Assembly (NCBI GenBank): GCA_964187785.1
Contig: OZ076409.1
Span: forward strand, 86,802,001-86,866,000
From: Amphiscolops sp. MND2022
Taxonomy: Eukaryota
Direction of reading: 5' to 3'
DNA length: 64,000 bases
Of this stretch, positions 36,221 through 48,500 are shown piece after piece; within the stretch, counting starts at the first letter, position 1, and each line of letters starts with the position of its first letter. The translations under genes and the position numbers were made by a program. The notes beneath the pieces were generated by a model. The model worked only from the letters and a program-made list of their open reading frames with translations. It made no database searches and was not told the DNA's origin.

Positions 36221-38190
36221 AACGGATGGTAGGTGCCTCCGGGATGAAGAAATATACTATAACATTTGGAATCTCAAAGAAAACTTGAATCATCAACAGC
36301 TTTTAAATCTGATAAGTGATCGGGCCCATTTATTGTGACACACATCTTTTATGATTGCGAAGCTAATTATAATTATCACAATATATGATTATTATAATTA
36401 AATGCTTTATTATTATTGCGTGAAGCTGCGCGGAGCTACGCGTTTCATATTTTTTTTATAATAAATTATAATGTATTTATTATCATTGATTAATTCGTCA
36501 GTTATCACATTATATCAAAATGCCTTTGTCCATCACTACTAATACTTATTAGTTTTGCGGTTAGAACTAATGCGTAAGCAATGTAGTCTGCTACACCAAA
36601 GCAGCATTAAATTTGAATTCTAAACGGATTGGTTGACCCGCAATCTGATCTTCTTGTTTGGATTGAGCATAAGTGAAACGGATGGTAGGTGCCTCCGGGA
36701 TGAAGAAATATACTATAACATTTGGACTCTCAAAGAAAACTTGAATCATCAACAGCTTTTAAATCTGATAAGTGATCGGGCCCATTTATTGTGACACACA
36801 TCTTTTATGATTGCGAAGCTAATTATAATTATCACAATATATGATTATTATAATTAAATGCTTTATTATTATTGCGTGAAGCTGCGCGGAGCTACGCGTT
36901 TCATATTTTTTTTATAATAAATTATAATGTATTTATTATCATTGATTAATTCGTCAGTTATCACAATATATCTAAATGCCTTTGTCCATCACTACTAATA
37001 CTTATTAGTTTTGGAGTTAGAACTAATGCGTAAGCAATGTAGTCTGCTACACCAAAAGCAGCATTAAATTTGAATTCTAAACGGATTGGTTGACCCGCAA
37101 TGTGATCTTCTTGTTTGGATAAATCGAATACATAAAAATTATAACTTCTTCTGAATTTGTGCAAATCAATAAATGGGTTGAGTAGGTTAGTTTCACTTTT
37201 CAGGTGATTTTCAATTTCAGTGTATGCTTGATCATATTTGTCGCGGTCGTAATTACATTCTATTCCATCATCGGGATGTTTTTCTGATCCTATTTTACAA
37301 ACAGCATTACTAACCGAAAGTCTATCAAATGTTGCATTATCGTTTCATCGCATAAATACTTTATTTAATTATGAAACAACAACTGCAACTAATTCTTCTA
37401 TCCGTTCAGATGCCCACAATTCAACTGTTCAAGCAAAATAAACTAGCTTTGAATCCTTTTGATGACAAGCGTTTGTACTTAAATCCAATACAAAGTTTAT
37501 CATGGGATAAACACACCCAGAAAGGCGATTTTCCTTGTATATATTGTTTGAAATTATTGGGTTTGTATTATAAAGAATTGAGCATAAGTGAAACGGATGT
37601 TAGGTGCCTCCGGGATGAAGAAATATACTATAACATTTGGAATCTCAAAGAAAACTTGAATCATCAACAGCTTTTAAATCTGATAAGTGATCGGGCCCAT
37701 TTATTGTGACACACATCTTTTATGATTGCGAAGCTAATTATAATTATCACAATATATGATTATTATAATTAAATGCTTTATTATTATTGCGTGAAGCTGC
37801 GCGGAGCTACGCGTTTCATATTTTTTTATAATAAATTATAATGTATTTATTATCATTGATTAATTCGTCAGTTATCACAATATATCAAAATGCCTTTGTC
37901 CATCACTACTAATACTTATTAGTTTTGGGGTTAGAACTAATGCGTAAGCAATGTAGTCTGCTACACCAAAAGCAGCATTAAATTTGAATTCTAAACGGAT
38001 TGGTTGACCCGCAATGTGATCTTCTTGTTTGGATAAATCGAATACATAAAAATTATAACTTCTTCTGAATTTGTGCAAATCAATAAATGGGTTGAGTAGG
38101 TTAGTTTCACTTTTCAGGTGATTTTCAATTTCAGTGTATGCTTGATCATGTTTGTCGCGGTCGTAATTACATTCTATTCCATCATCGGGA
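36221..38190. mobile_element. Three near-identical tandem fragments of a Polinton pPolB-3'/MCP-3' convergent junction
   Basis: pPolB C-terminus on + ('KLALNPFDDKR..WDKH..DRAHLL*', 37371-37709) and MCP C-terminus on - ('FIDLHKF..ISSDGQRHFDIL*', 37875-38190; also 36961-37340). Units start at ~36221, ~36661 and ~37345. Confidence 0.88.
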
Positions 38191-38193
38191 TTT

Positions 38194-38869
38194 TTAGTCG
38201 CTCCACCTTGATTGTCTTGACAACACTTCCTCAGCACGCTCAAGTCCGAAACAAGTTATACAATTCTCTGGCCATTTTATTTGAAAGTACGGAATAAGAT
38301 CTGTGGATAGATTTAAACTGTTCTTCGCAGCCATTCACATCGGAATGAGTTAGACACGCTAACTTCTTGTAAATCCGTTTGATTGTCTCTTCATCCGCAT
38401 CTTCCTTGACGAAAAGAAGCTGACGTTGAATCAAGGTTTTTTGCTTTATTTCGTTCATGAGTTTTTCAGTGACCTTAGCCTTCGCCCGTTCACTTCTAAC
38501 AAGAGTTCTTTGCTTTCCCAAATCTTCGCTGAGTCGCCTTATCTTGTCTTTGTGTGTATGTACATCCATCTCAAGCTGGTGGATATACCTTCGAGCATCT
38601 TCGACCTCCTGATGCACGTTTCTTCCTTCACAATGTAGGCGCTCTTTCAGATTGTTCACTTCCGCCTTGGTGAGCTCCAACTCTTGTCGAATCCCGACAA
38701 GTTGGGTGGTGGAAATGTCTGCTCTCATCTTGATGTTGGATGGATGGACTGAGGGTGTCTTCCATTGCAATTTTTCGCATACCCGAGACACATCCTTGAA
38801 TTCGATACAAGCCCGGTCCCACTTTCGGTTTGATTTGATGAAGTTCGGGCAAGTAGTATACATATTCAT
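38194..38869 (-). pseudogene. Coiled-coil protein with C-terminal J (DnaJ) domain, downstream of env
   Basis: Long heptad region, then 'LLFVKEDADEETIKRIYKKLACLTHSDVNGCEEQFKSIHRSYSVLSNKMARELYNLF'. HPD reads HSD (TCC, one change from CCC). Removing one T extends it as 'GLERAEEVLSRQSRWSD*' to 38194. Confidence 0.75.
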
Positions 38870-38926
38870 TTATACGGTTGTTTTCCATTTCTAAAAAAAT
38901 TTCAAGGATTTTTAATGGTTTCATGA

Positions 38927-40890
38927 TTACTGTTCGTCATTTAGTGTAACGTGCAATTTTGTTTCAGATGAGTTTTGTGCATCATTTAGGAGCATTGAGG
39001 ATCTGGGTTGTTGATTATTGAGCTCCTTAACATCTATTAAAAATTTATTGTATTCATAAAACTGATTAAGCGGTTGCAAAGCAAATCGCGTTTTCGTACC
39101 CAACCGTTTCAATCGAATTATGAAAAATATTTTGAATCCTAGTCGAACCAGCATTCCGATTAACGTGATTGTCAGTATAGTTACTGCTATCTCTCTCGCT
39201 ATCCACCAAAAAAACAGCGTTTCCTTTTTACCGATTGAAACCACGGTAGTACTCTCCAGCGGAACCCAATCTGGTGCTCTGGAAAATTGAGATGAAACAA
39301 AGATTCATGCGAGTACGTGCCTTGTGAACCCAGATACACCTCTCTACCGGTTACTGTTGTACGGCTATGGCGGATGGACCGCGCGCGATTGCTTCTAACA
39401 AGATCTTCCATTGTGAACAACCCATTACCCTTCAAACCCACAAATTCATGTGGCCTTAGTTCATGTGAAGAGCTGTTCCCAAAAACAACAGGTTCGACTC
39501 GCGCTAATTCGGTTGTTTTTCCATACGTCACCCAGGATCCGCTTAGCAACTGATACAAAGTGGGATACACTGGGTTGCATTCGGTCAGTGTGTAGTTGTT
39601 GTAAGAAATACTTGAAATTGGATTCACGAATTTGTTCACGGAATCTTTCCCATCGCCAAGTCTCACAGGGATTTCTTCTGTGGAGGAGTCTAAAGTTGTC
39701 AGTGTAATTTCCATTTTTGCACATCTGTGGAAGTATACAACCTCGCCCGCACGTGCAATATGTGTTCCCACCATCTCGAACCCAATTATTGCACTGTCGA
39801 GATTTGAAACTATTACAATAATTTGAGGCTGGCCTCCACACCTTGAATTCGACAACTCGTTCCATTTCCTGTAACCCTTGGGCATGTAAGAAATCAACTT
39901 GGCTCTGTAGGAGCATTTCTTCGTCGATGTTGTTCATAACTTTAACTGGTAAATATGTATCTTCGAACGAAAAAAAAATCCCTTCATGATGGTTGGGTGA
40001 ACTGTAAGGTTACACAAAAAAACGGGCTGGTTATGAAATTCCAGTGCGAACTTTCTGCCTTGTGTGTTGCTAACGAATCCCGTTAGCATGCTGTTTTTTT
40101 TTCACCAACTAATTGTTTTTCACATTGTTTCTTCCATTTATGCTGTAGAGTTTATAAAGGTCGCACTCTTTTGGCTTGGTCACCAAGTAAACCACAAAAT
40201 CTTTTTCGAAATCAGTTTCGATGTCGTCGCTTGTTATAGGGTTTCCGAGAGGGTCGTTCCACTTATGGAAGTTGCTTCCGCCAAGTTGCTTCTGAGTGAA
40301 CACTTTTCCAATTGTCAGTCGCCCATTGATGAGGACAGACGCTTCAATTACCTCTCCTGTTGGTGTTGTCCAGTCAATTGGTGTTGAAAACCCAATTCCT
40401 TTTCTTTAGCTATCATAAATTTTGCTGAGTAGTCGAAAACCTTAAACAACTCATCCTGAGAATTATTAACTTCTTCTATACCAGTCTTTTTCATTTCGAA
40501 CTCATTTTTGCTGAATCCCGGTAATATGAAATGTTTTGCTGCCCACGCATGACGACAAACTTCAATCGAAAATAAGTAAAATGTTGGTAAAATCTTTCAT
40601 TTTTCATGTAGATACAGTCCGTCATCATAAACAGATGATTTTTTCATGTACGACACCGTATACGAGGCTTGATAATGACAAGTTTTCATTTCCCGTCTAC
40701 CGTCGTTGTCGCTGAACACCACTGAACCACGTGGCACTGATGCCATCTCACTCGAACCTCAAGTACAGTTTTTTTGATCAGTTGAGGAGTACCCCGTGGT
40801 CCCTACAACTTGCTCGAAGTCGTATCCTACAGTTTTATTGTTTTCATCTTGCACTGATACGGCAATATTAATCAAAAGTAGTATTATCTT
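38927..40890 (-). pseudogene. env-like viral glycoprotein resembling chuvirus G (class III / gB-like fusogen)
   Basis: Signal-like 'KIILLLINIAVS' then 'TVGYDF'; core 'IARAGEVVYFHRC..EIPV..FVNPIS..TECNPVYPTLYQL..GSW..GLFTMEDL'; TM 'WWIAREIAVTILTITLIGMLV'; short tail ending at 38927. Several stops and frameshifts. Confidence 0.72.
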
Positions 40891-40949
40891 TTTACCTGGG
40901 TCTCTGTTTTCTCTTGGGATTTGCATTCTTTTTCCGTGTTCTCGGCTGC

Positions 40950-43900
40950 TCCTAATTTCCTGAAGCAAAGACGTCGTTGTCATCGAAAGAAGTATCGTCA
41001 TTGTACACAAAATAGTCATCGAATCTTTTCGGAACTGATCGGATACGAGTACTTTTCTCCCTTTGTGGCACTATTGGAGGCCTTCTTTCGTTTTTGGTTT
41101 CGTTACTTTTGTTCGAGGCGTTTTTAATGGAACCGATTCATTGTTGCCTCCCTCTGCACAACTTTTCATTCTCGCTCCGCCATCAGATTCCTTTAGTTCG
41201 CTTGTGCTCGCAGTAGGCCCTTGATCGCTTTCGGTACTTTTTTGCGTCTCATCTGGATTGGCTACTCGTTCCCTCTTTCCTAGTTTACCTATCTCAACTA
41301 GTTGTTCAATCTCAACCTCTATCAAGTCGTCATCGATGATCCCAGATTCGTCTGTTTGTTGAGTTTCAGTGTGTTCCTGGGTTCCGCTCATTCTTGTGAA
41401 GATTCGCTCCCGCGGTTTGTACTTTTTCATTCGATCGTAATGTACTTTGATTTCTTTTCTGGTCTCTTCGTGGCACACACGGAAATTCAGATCGTTGATT
41501 GTTTCGAGAATTTTGTATGGTCCTCTGTAGAACCAGGTGAACTTCTTTGTTTGTCCCTTCTTTACTGTAGGGAAGAATAAAAGCACTTGTTCACCCACGT
41601 GGTAGACAGGGCCATATGCCCAGAAATCATATTACGTTTTCTGTCGTGTTTGTTCTAATTCCATGTGCGATCTCACAAGATGGTGAGCTTTTTGCAGTTC
41701 TCTCTTTGTGTTGTAAATGAAATCACTCGGAGTCGGGAACAATTCGGTATGACGTGTCTCGTACATACAATCAATCGGTATTCTCAATGGTGTTCCCATC
41801 AAAAGATAGTTTGGACAATTTTTAGTGACTGCATGAAATGACGAGCGATATGCCATCATGACCAGTTGCAACTAACAGGTCCAATCGCTATGGTGATCAT
41901 CGATGTATTTCGATAATCTTTCTCCAATTGTCCGGTTTGTTCTTTCAATCATCGCATTGCCTTCTGGATGAAAAAGAGTGGTGGATGTCCGTTCAATGCC
42001 CAAAACTCGACACAACTCTGTAAACAGTTCCGACATAAAACTTGTTCATTATCACTATGTAAATTCACGGGTCATCCGAATTTCGTGATCCAGTTATCGA
42101 CTAAAGCTTGTGCGACTGTTTTTGCTTCCTGATTTGCCATGGCAACGGCTTCGTACCATTTACTAAATTGATCACCAATCAACAAAATGTACTTTTGGCC
42201 ATTGGATTCTGGCAAAGGCCACATCACATCTAATGATACCTGCCAAAAAAGATGGCTCGGTTTCCACATTTTTAGACTGTGTCTGTGTTTCTGAGGGGTG
42301 CCTTTTCTCCTCAAGCATTTATCACAGCCTTGAACCCAGCTGTTCACATCTCGTTTCATCCCAGGCCAAAAGAACCGTTCTTGAGCTCTCTAATATGTCT
42401 TTTCGATTACGAATTAGCCTGTGCACGGAGACTCGTGCAGCAATGGTAGTATGTTGGAAATTTGATTCTCCGCAAAAATAAGCTGATGTACCCAACGATC
42501 TCCGTCTTCTAACTTTTTTCTTCTGAAGAGAAGTCCTTGTATCAACCGGAGGTTCTTAAAGTCCACCCAAAAATTCCATAGTTCTTTAGAAGCTCCTTTC
42601 ATGTTTTTTCGATCAGGTCTCTGCTTTTCTTCAATCCATTTTAGGACTTTCTTTATGTTGTTATCTTCATGCTGTTTCATTTGCATACTATTACGATCTG
42701 TATTCTGGAGTAACATCCATGGGTTCGCAGGAAGTTCCTCCATCGTCGTGTTTTCTGTCAGTGCTGCCACATAGACAATTATCGGATCATCCTCCTCCGG
42801 CAGTATTCGCGATAAACAATCTGCATGAGGAATGCTTCTACACGCTTTTTGTTTAATTTCGAAGTCAAATTGTCCAAGTTTTTCCAACCAACGTGCAACC
42901 ATCCCTTCTGGATCTTTGAAATTGTAGAGCCATACCAAGGCTCTGTGATCAGTAACTATTGAAAATTTTCTACGTAAGAGATTGGTTTTGAAATGATTTG
43001 TAAAATGGACAACGGCAAAGAGTTCCTTTTTAGTTGCTGAACAGTTTTTTTGGTTTTTGTTCAGAGGTTTGCTGGCGTAAGAAATAACTCGATCAATTCT
43101 TTCTTGTTGCTGTGTTAGGACTGCCCCAGTTCCCGTTAGTGAAGCAGCCGTAGTTAGAGTGTTCTCATCTCGATTGTTTGGATACCCCAAAATAGGTGCC
43201 GACAACAGTTTTTCTTTCAGCTCTTGCAAGGCCTGTTCGCATTCTTTCGTCCACCCGAATTAGTTTTCTTTCTTCAGAAGATTGTACAGAGGTTCTGAAG
43301 TCTTTCCGAAACCCGGAATAAATTTTCTATAGAAACCCACCAACCCAAGGACTGCTCTAACTTCTTTCAGACAAGTTGGTGATTTCATTCTCTCAACTGC
43401 CTTCACTTTTTCTTCATCCACCTCAACCCCATTTTCAGAGATGACATGTCCTAAGAAATGTAATCTCTTCTGGAGGAATTTACACTTTGATCCTTTGATT
43501 TTTAGTCTACTTTTCTGAAGTCTGCAAAATACCAGTTCCAGTCTTTCCAAATGTTCTTCGAAGTTTCTACCAAAAAGGATTATGTAATCTAGATATACCA
43601 GGGCCACGTCCTAGGATAGACCGCTGAACACCAGTTCCAAGAGGTTCTGAAAAGCCCTGGAGCTGATGCTAGGTGCATTGGTAGTCGTTTCCATTTGTAT
43701 AGACCCATAGGCGTAATGAAAGCAGTGAGGTTTTGACTATCGTCTTTTCTTGCCATTTGAAAATACCCGGATGTTAAATCAATGCTCGAAAAGAATATGT
43801 TTCCTACTAAAGGGTCTATTACATCGCTTATTCGAGGTAACGGCCATCACGTTTTTTCGATCTGTTTGCTTAAACCCCGGTAGTCAACAACGAATCGGAA

Positions 43901-44525
43901 AGACCCGTCCTTTTTGGGATCAATATGCTTGGAGCCGCCCAATCGGAATGAGTTGGTGCAATTAGATCGGCTTCGGCTAATCCTTCAACGATTTTTCTAA
44001 TTGCTTTCCGTTTATCAAAACTCATGTTTCCGTAGGTTCTCCTAAAAGGTTGAGCTTCAAGTTTCAGTTTGATTTGGTGCTCAATCTGATTGTTGGAACC
44101 CAAATCCTTTGAGTGTCTCGAGAAAATTGTCTCGTACTTATTGCGTATTGTTCTTACTTGGTGCAGCTGGTCCTTTGACAAATTTTTATTTTCTATATTA
44201 ACATGTCTCGCGAAGCTGAAATCCTCGCGCTTCGTTTTCTTTTCTGTTTGTCGTTGTAGTTTTAAAGAATGTTCATCCAACTCCAATGTTTCTAGTGTAC
44301 CTACCCTAGTATCCCTATAAGTAACATTATCTTCATTGTGTATGTTCAATAGTCTTACCCAACACGTTCCGTTGTCATCGTTCACTAAGTCATGAGCAAC
44401 CCATAATCCTGTCGCTTCTTGGAAGGTTTCGAGGGGGTTTACTATACCTTCTATTTTGGAAGCCTTCGAACCATCCTCGTATCTCAACTCACACTGCACT
44501 AGTGTCTCAGTTCGTGCAGGAATTG
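40950..44525 (-). mobile_element. Ty3/Gypsy pol (RT, RNase H, integrase with GPY/F), 5'-truncated and decayed
   Basis: RT 'SDWAAPSILIPK', 'ALVYLDYIILFG', 'HFLGHVIS'; RNase H 'GAVLTQ..ISYASK..KELFAVV..IVTDHRAL'; IN 'WQVSLDV..LIGDQFSKW..HSD', 'GPYKILE', tail 'STRIRSVPKRFDDY'. Domain order RT-RH-IN. Confidence 0.92.
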
Positions 44526-44652
44526 CTTGGTACAGTTCGTGCTTGGAATTGCAGGAATTGCTTGCAGGAATTCCTCCTTGAGATGCGACTTGGCTACCAA
44601 ATAAAACAACAGCGTTGTTGATGATAAGTCGAATGATTGGTGAAATTAAATA

Positions 44653-44732
44653 AGCCGTTTGGTCTAAGAGTTAAGGCGCTTAACTGCTAGCTAGATCTGT
44701 CTTGAGATGCAGGTTCGAGTCCTGTAATGGCT
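44653..44732 (+). tRNA. tRNA-Ser(GCT)-like gene, pseudogene or SINE head, copy 1
   Basis: Acceptor AGCCGTT/AATGGCT, A-box-like TGGTCTAAGAG, CT-GCT-A loop, long variable arm ATCT..AGAT, T-arm GCAGG-TTCGAGT-CCTGT, followed by TTTT. Anticodon stem imperfect. Confidence 0.55.
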
Positions 44733-44910
44733 ATTTTCTCACAATCATGTCAAGCTTGAGTTGTTATACTGGTAGCCGTTACATAAGTGGCTTGAATCTC
44801 CAGTTGTGCTGTGTTCAACTGGAAGCTGTGTGGCAACAGCTTCAGTTAGAAGGGGGTAACATAACAACGGCGTTGTTAGTGATAAGTCGATTGATTGGTG
44901 AGATTAAATA

Positions 44911-44990
44911 AGCCATTTGGACTAAGGGTTAAGGCGCTTGACTGCTAGCTAGATCTGTCTTGAGATGCAGGTTCGAGTCCTGTAATGGCT
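44911..44990 (+). tRNA. tRNA-Ser(GCT)-like gene, pseudogene or SINE head, copy 2
   Basis: Perfect AGCCATT/AATGGCT acceptor stem and same arms as copy 1; 258 bp downstream, with shared ~45-nt upstream and ~35-nt downstream flanks. Confidence 0.55.
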
Positions 44991-45059
44991 ATTTTCTCAC
45001 AATCATGTCGAGTTTGGGTTGTCATAGCTGTGTATGCACGCTCGCACTCACTGTCGCAA

Positions 45060-45177
45060 AGACCAGCTCCCACTACGATCGCTTCGCGATCTCCGTTCCC
45101 GCTAGGTCTTTGCTCCTGTTCGACCTCGCTTATCAAGATGGGAACATAAGCGGCCCCAAGGGGCCGCGGGGCACTAG
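45060..45177 (+). mobile_element. Helitron-like 3' terminus (non-autonomous fragment)
   Basis: Perfect hairpin GCGGCCCC-AA-GGGGCCGC (45150-45167) 6 nt before CTAG (45174-45177); related inverted fragments at ~50010-50080 and ~50693. Confidence 0.5.
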
Positions 45178-45539
45178 AGGAAATGAGGACGTAACCGAGA
45201 CACGTTTTTTATTTTTCTAGAAAATTCTATCTGCGGCAATTCGATTTGTTTCCTAAAAATCAAAATGTCGATCCGAGTTGTTTCGATCCCATTCAAAAAT
45301 TTGGTATGTCGACCCGAGGACTAACTCTGATTTTCGATCCCGTTCCTCCGACCTATTTCTGCCTACCCAATTCGACTTACTAGGTATTTGGGTTGGGTGC
45401 CCTTGATAATCCCTTGATAATTGGGTTGGGTATTTGGGGTCCATTCACTATTTGGGTTGGGTATTTGTATTGGGGTACCACTATTTGTACAATTATTTGG
45501 GTTTTACCCATTTAATTAGGCTTACTGTTTGGCAACCCT

Positions 45540-48500
45540 GGTTATGGGGCCTGACCATAATTGACAGACAACGACGACGACCAACTACACCTCGACGATT
45601 ACAGCCTAATCAGCCCAGATCAACCAGTTGACGTGGAGCCAAGCAGTCAGCAGCTGAGATGACAGCCACGCACTCGAAGTTGGAGAAGCTCTCCTTCTCT
45701 GGCAAAGACTAGGATTTTGCGGCGTTCAGCGAGCAGTTCGAGGCGAGGATGCACATGCACAACCTGGGGAAGTGCCTCGAGGACAAGCTGACTGTGCCTG
45801 CCTACAAAGAAGACGAGACGAGGGGAGAAGAAACTGCCATTGTCAAATCAGAGGACGAGCGGAAGAACAGCGCTTCATGGTCTGGTGCGAAATTGTTCAG
45901 TGCTTGGACAAGGCTTCTATCAACTTCATCCGCCTTCAAGCCAGACGGGGTGCAAGCCTGGAAAGCCATTGTGGGGAAGCATCGCAGCACTGAGAGGCAT
46001 CGCATCCAGACGTTCCTCACTCAGCTGGCTGGATTGAAGATGGCACCAGGGGAGAAGGTGACTGACTACCTCACCAGGGCTGAGAGAATACAGCTGGACA
46101 TTCAAGAAGCAGGAGAGATGACTTCCAATACGATGTTCAGCGCGATGGTGTTGAAGGACCTTCCTCCAACTTTCGAGAGCAATGCGACTGTTCTCAAGTT
46201 CGGACCACGAAAGGGGTACGAAGAGATGAAGCAGGACCTCATCAACTTCGCCAACACGAGCGCAGAGCCTGGCACTGACGTGGTTTCAACTGCATTCCAC
46301 TCAAGCGTGGGCAACAGCTGCAGGATTATCACGTGCTTCAAGTGCCAAAAGGAGGGTCACATGGCGAGGGACTGCAGGTCAAATAAAAGTAAGGCGTGCT
46401 TGAAGTGCAATGCGAAGGCCCATCTTGCAAGGGATTGCAAGAGCAAGAAAGGGCAGTCCAGTGGCACCAGTAGGGGTCCAGAGAAGCTTCCGAAGCTTTG
46501 AAGGGGCTTCAAAGGAAGGAGGATTCCAGCTATTGGTGGATTTGGGTTGCAACTGGTTCATGCTGAAGAACAGAGCTCTCTTCAAGGACCTCGGCGAGGC
46601 ATTCAACTTCGATGTCGGCAATGCTAACGGGAGTCGAACACGAGTGGAAGGTAGAGGCACAGGACGATGTGGGTTGCTGGACAGCAAGGCCAGGACGTGT
46701 GAGCTCGAGCTGAAGCAGGCCTTCTGGGTACCCATCTACACCCGCAACCTGATTTCAGTGAAGAAGCTAGTCGAGCAGGGTGCAATGGTCAGCTTCGGGA
46801 AGAAAGCCAACATCAGGACACACGACAGGACCTTTCTTCCTTTGGTTTTTACCAGTGATGACCAATACACTCTTCGTATTCTTCCTTTTGTGTGTAATCT
46901 TGGACCAAGAGCGCTCCCAATGGAACGTTTCCCAGGCATTGCACATGGATGTGGAGGGCGCAAGGGTTGGTCATCCTGGTTGGGCAGCCATGCAGCCCAA
47001 AGCAGAACCCTGGTGCAGTGGGACAGGGCACTGGCTCACAACAATTTCAATGATGTGGCACGGTTAACGAAGCTAGTCGACGGTATGCATATCCGGAAGG
47101 ACGGAGCAGCAGGGCATTGTGACACATGCGTGGAAGCGAAGGCCAAGCGTGCACCTGTGAACAAGGCATCGGGTACAAGAGCGAAGATGAAGCTGGACCT
47201 TGTTCACACTGATGTGCTGGGGCCAATCCATCAGGAGTCATACGAGGGTTTCCGATATGCAATCGGTTTCTTTGACAGCTACTCTCAATATGCTGTCATG
47301 TACCCAATGCGGGCACGAGACGAGGTCTTTGAGAAGCTAGAACTCTACATTGCGGACGTGGGCTCATCTGGAACACTGGTCTCAGACGGGGCACAAGAGT
47401 ACAAATCATGGGGTTTCAACGAGGTGTGTCGCAAGAATGGCATTCGGCAGGAGTACTCAGTGCCCTACGATCCAGAGGAGAATGGCAAAATTGAGCGCGT
47501 GTGGGGCACTGTCAAGGGAATGGCGAGGTGCATGCTCGACACGGTGGGTCTGCCAAAGCAAGTTTGGCCTTAGGCTTTGGCTACATCTTTCTATGTCAAA
47601 AAACAATGTTTTCACTCTGCGCACAACAGTACGCCGTATGAAGCGTTCTTTGGTAAGAAGCCAAACCTGAGTGAGATGCAACCTTTTGGATGTCGAGCGT
47701 TTGTGCTCACCGAGGACAGGAAGAAACTTGACAGCAAGGCCCAGACGGGGATCTTTCTGGGCTACTCGAACAAAAGCAAGTGTTTCATCGTGTGCACTGA
47801 AGATGGAACTCCTGAGCGAAAGTCGAGCAAGATGTGGACATCAAGGAACGTGACGTTCAACATGGACTGCTTCCCAGGACGCGTTACATCTATCGACAGA
47901 GACATGGCTCACGATATATGCGTTGAGATAACCATCCATTATGACACTGGTCTACACGACATGAAGGGTTCATCACCAGATGTTGAGCAAGCAGAAGTTG
48001 CTAACGAAACAGTTCCCAACACTGGACACTTGGATGACGAGGACAACAACACACAGCCGCAGACAAGCGAACCATGACGACAGCGGAGGAATGTCAGACT
48101 GCCTCGACGACTCGATGACTTCGTGATAAGGGACGAGTTCGAGAACCTGGCACTACACAGCGAGGCATTGGTGGCATCGAAGGTCGCTGGATCCGCAGCG
48201 GAGGCTCTGGCTGACCCTAATTGGAAAGCAGCGATGCAGCGAGAGTACGATTCTTTGATGACGTACGAGGTGTGGTCTTTGGTTTCACGGCCAACGGAGC
48301 GACAGCCGATCACTGGGAAGTGGCACTTCGCGGTGAAAATCAACGAGGACGGCAAAGTGACAAAGTACAAGGCACGTTTTGTGGCACGGGGTTTCACCCA
48401 GAAACCTGGCTTAGACTACCACAAGACGTACTCACCAACGGTCAGACAGTCAACATTGAGGACATATATTGAGTGCGGGGGGAGGCAGGGCATAAATTTC

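Noticed and set aside
35997..36296. 99-aa ORF spanning the N run
   Set aside because: Artefact of translating through the assembly gap.
37875..38243. 122-aa ORF as a real gene
   Set aside because: Chimeric: its first ~17 codons are an alternative frame of the J-domain ORF tail, fused at ~38191 to a Polinton MCP fragment.
40759..41073. Stop-codon readthrough from integrase into env through the TAG at 41071
   Set aside because: The typical integrase tail (STRIRSVPKRFDDY) lies in another frame, so the TAG more likely results from decay frameshifts.
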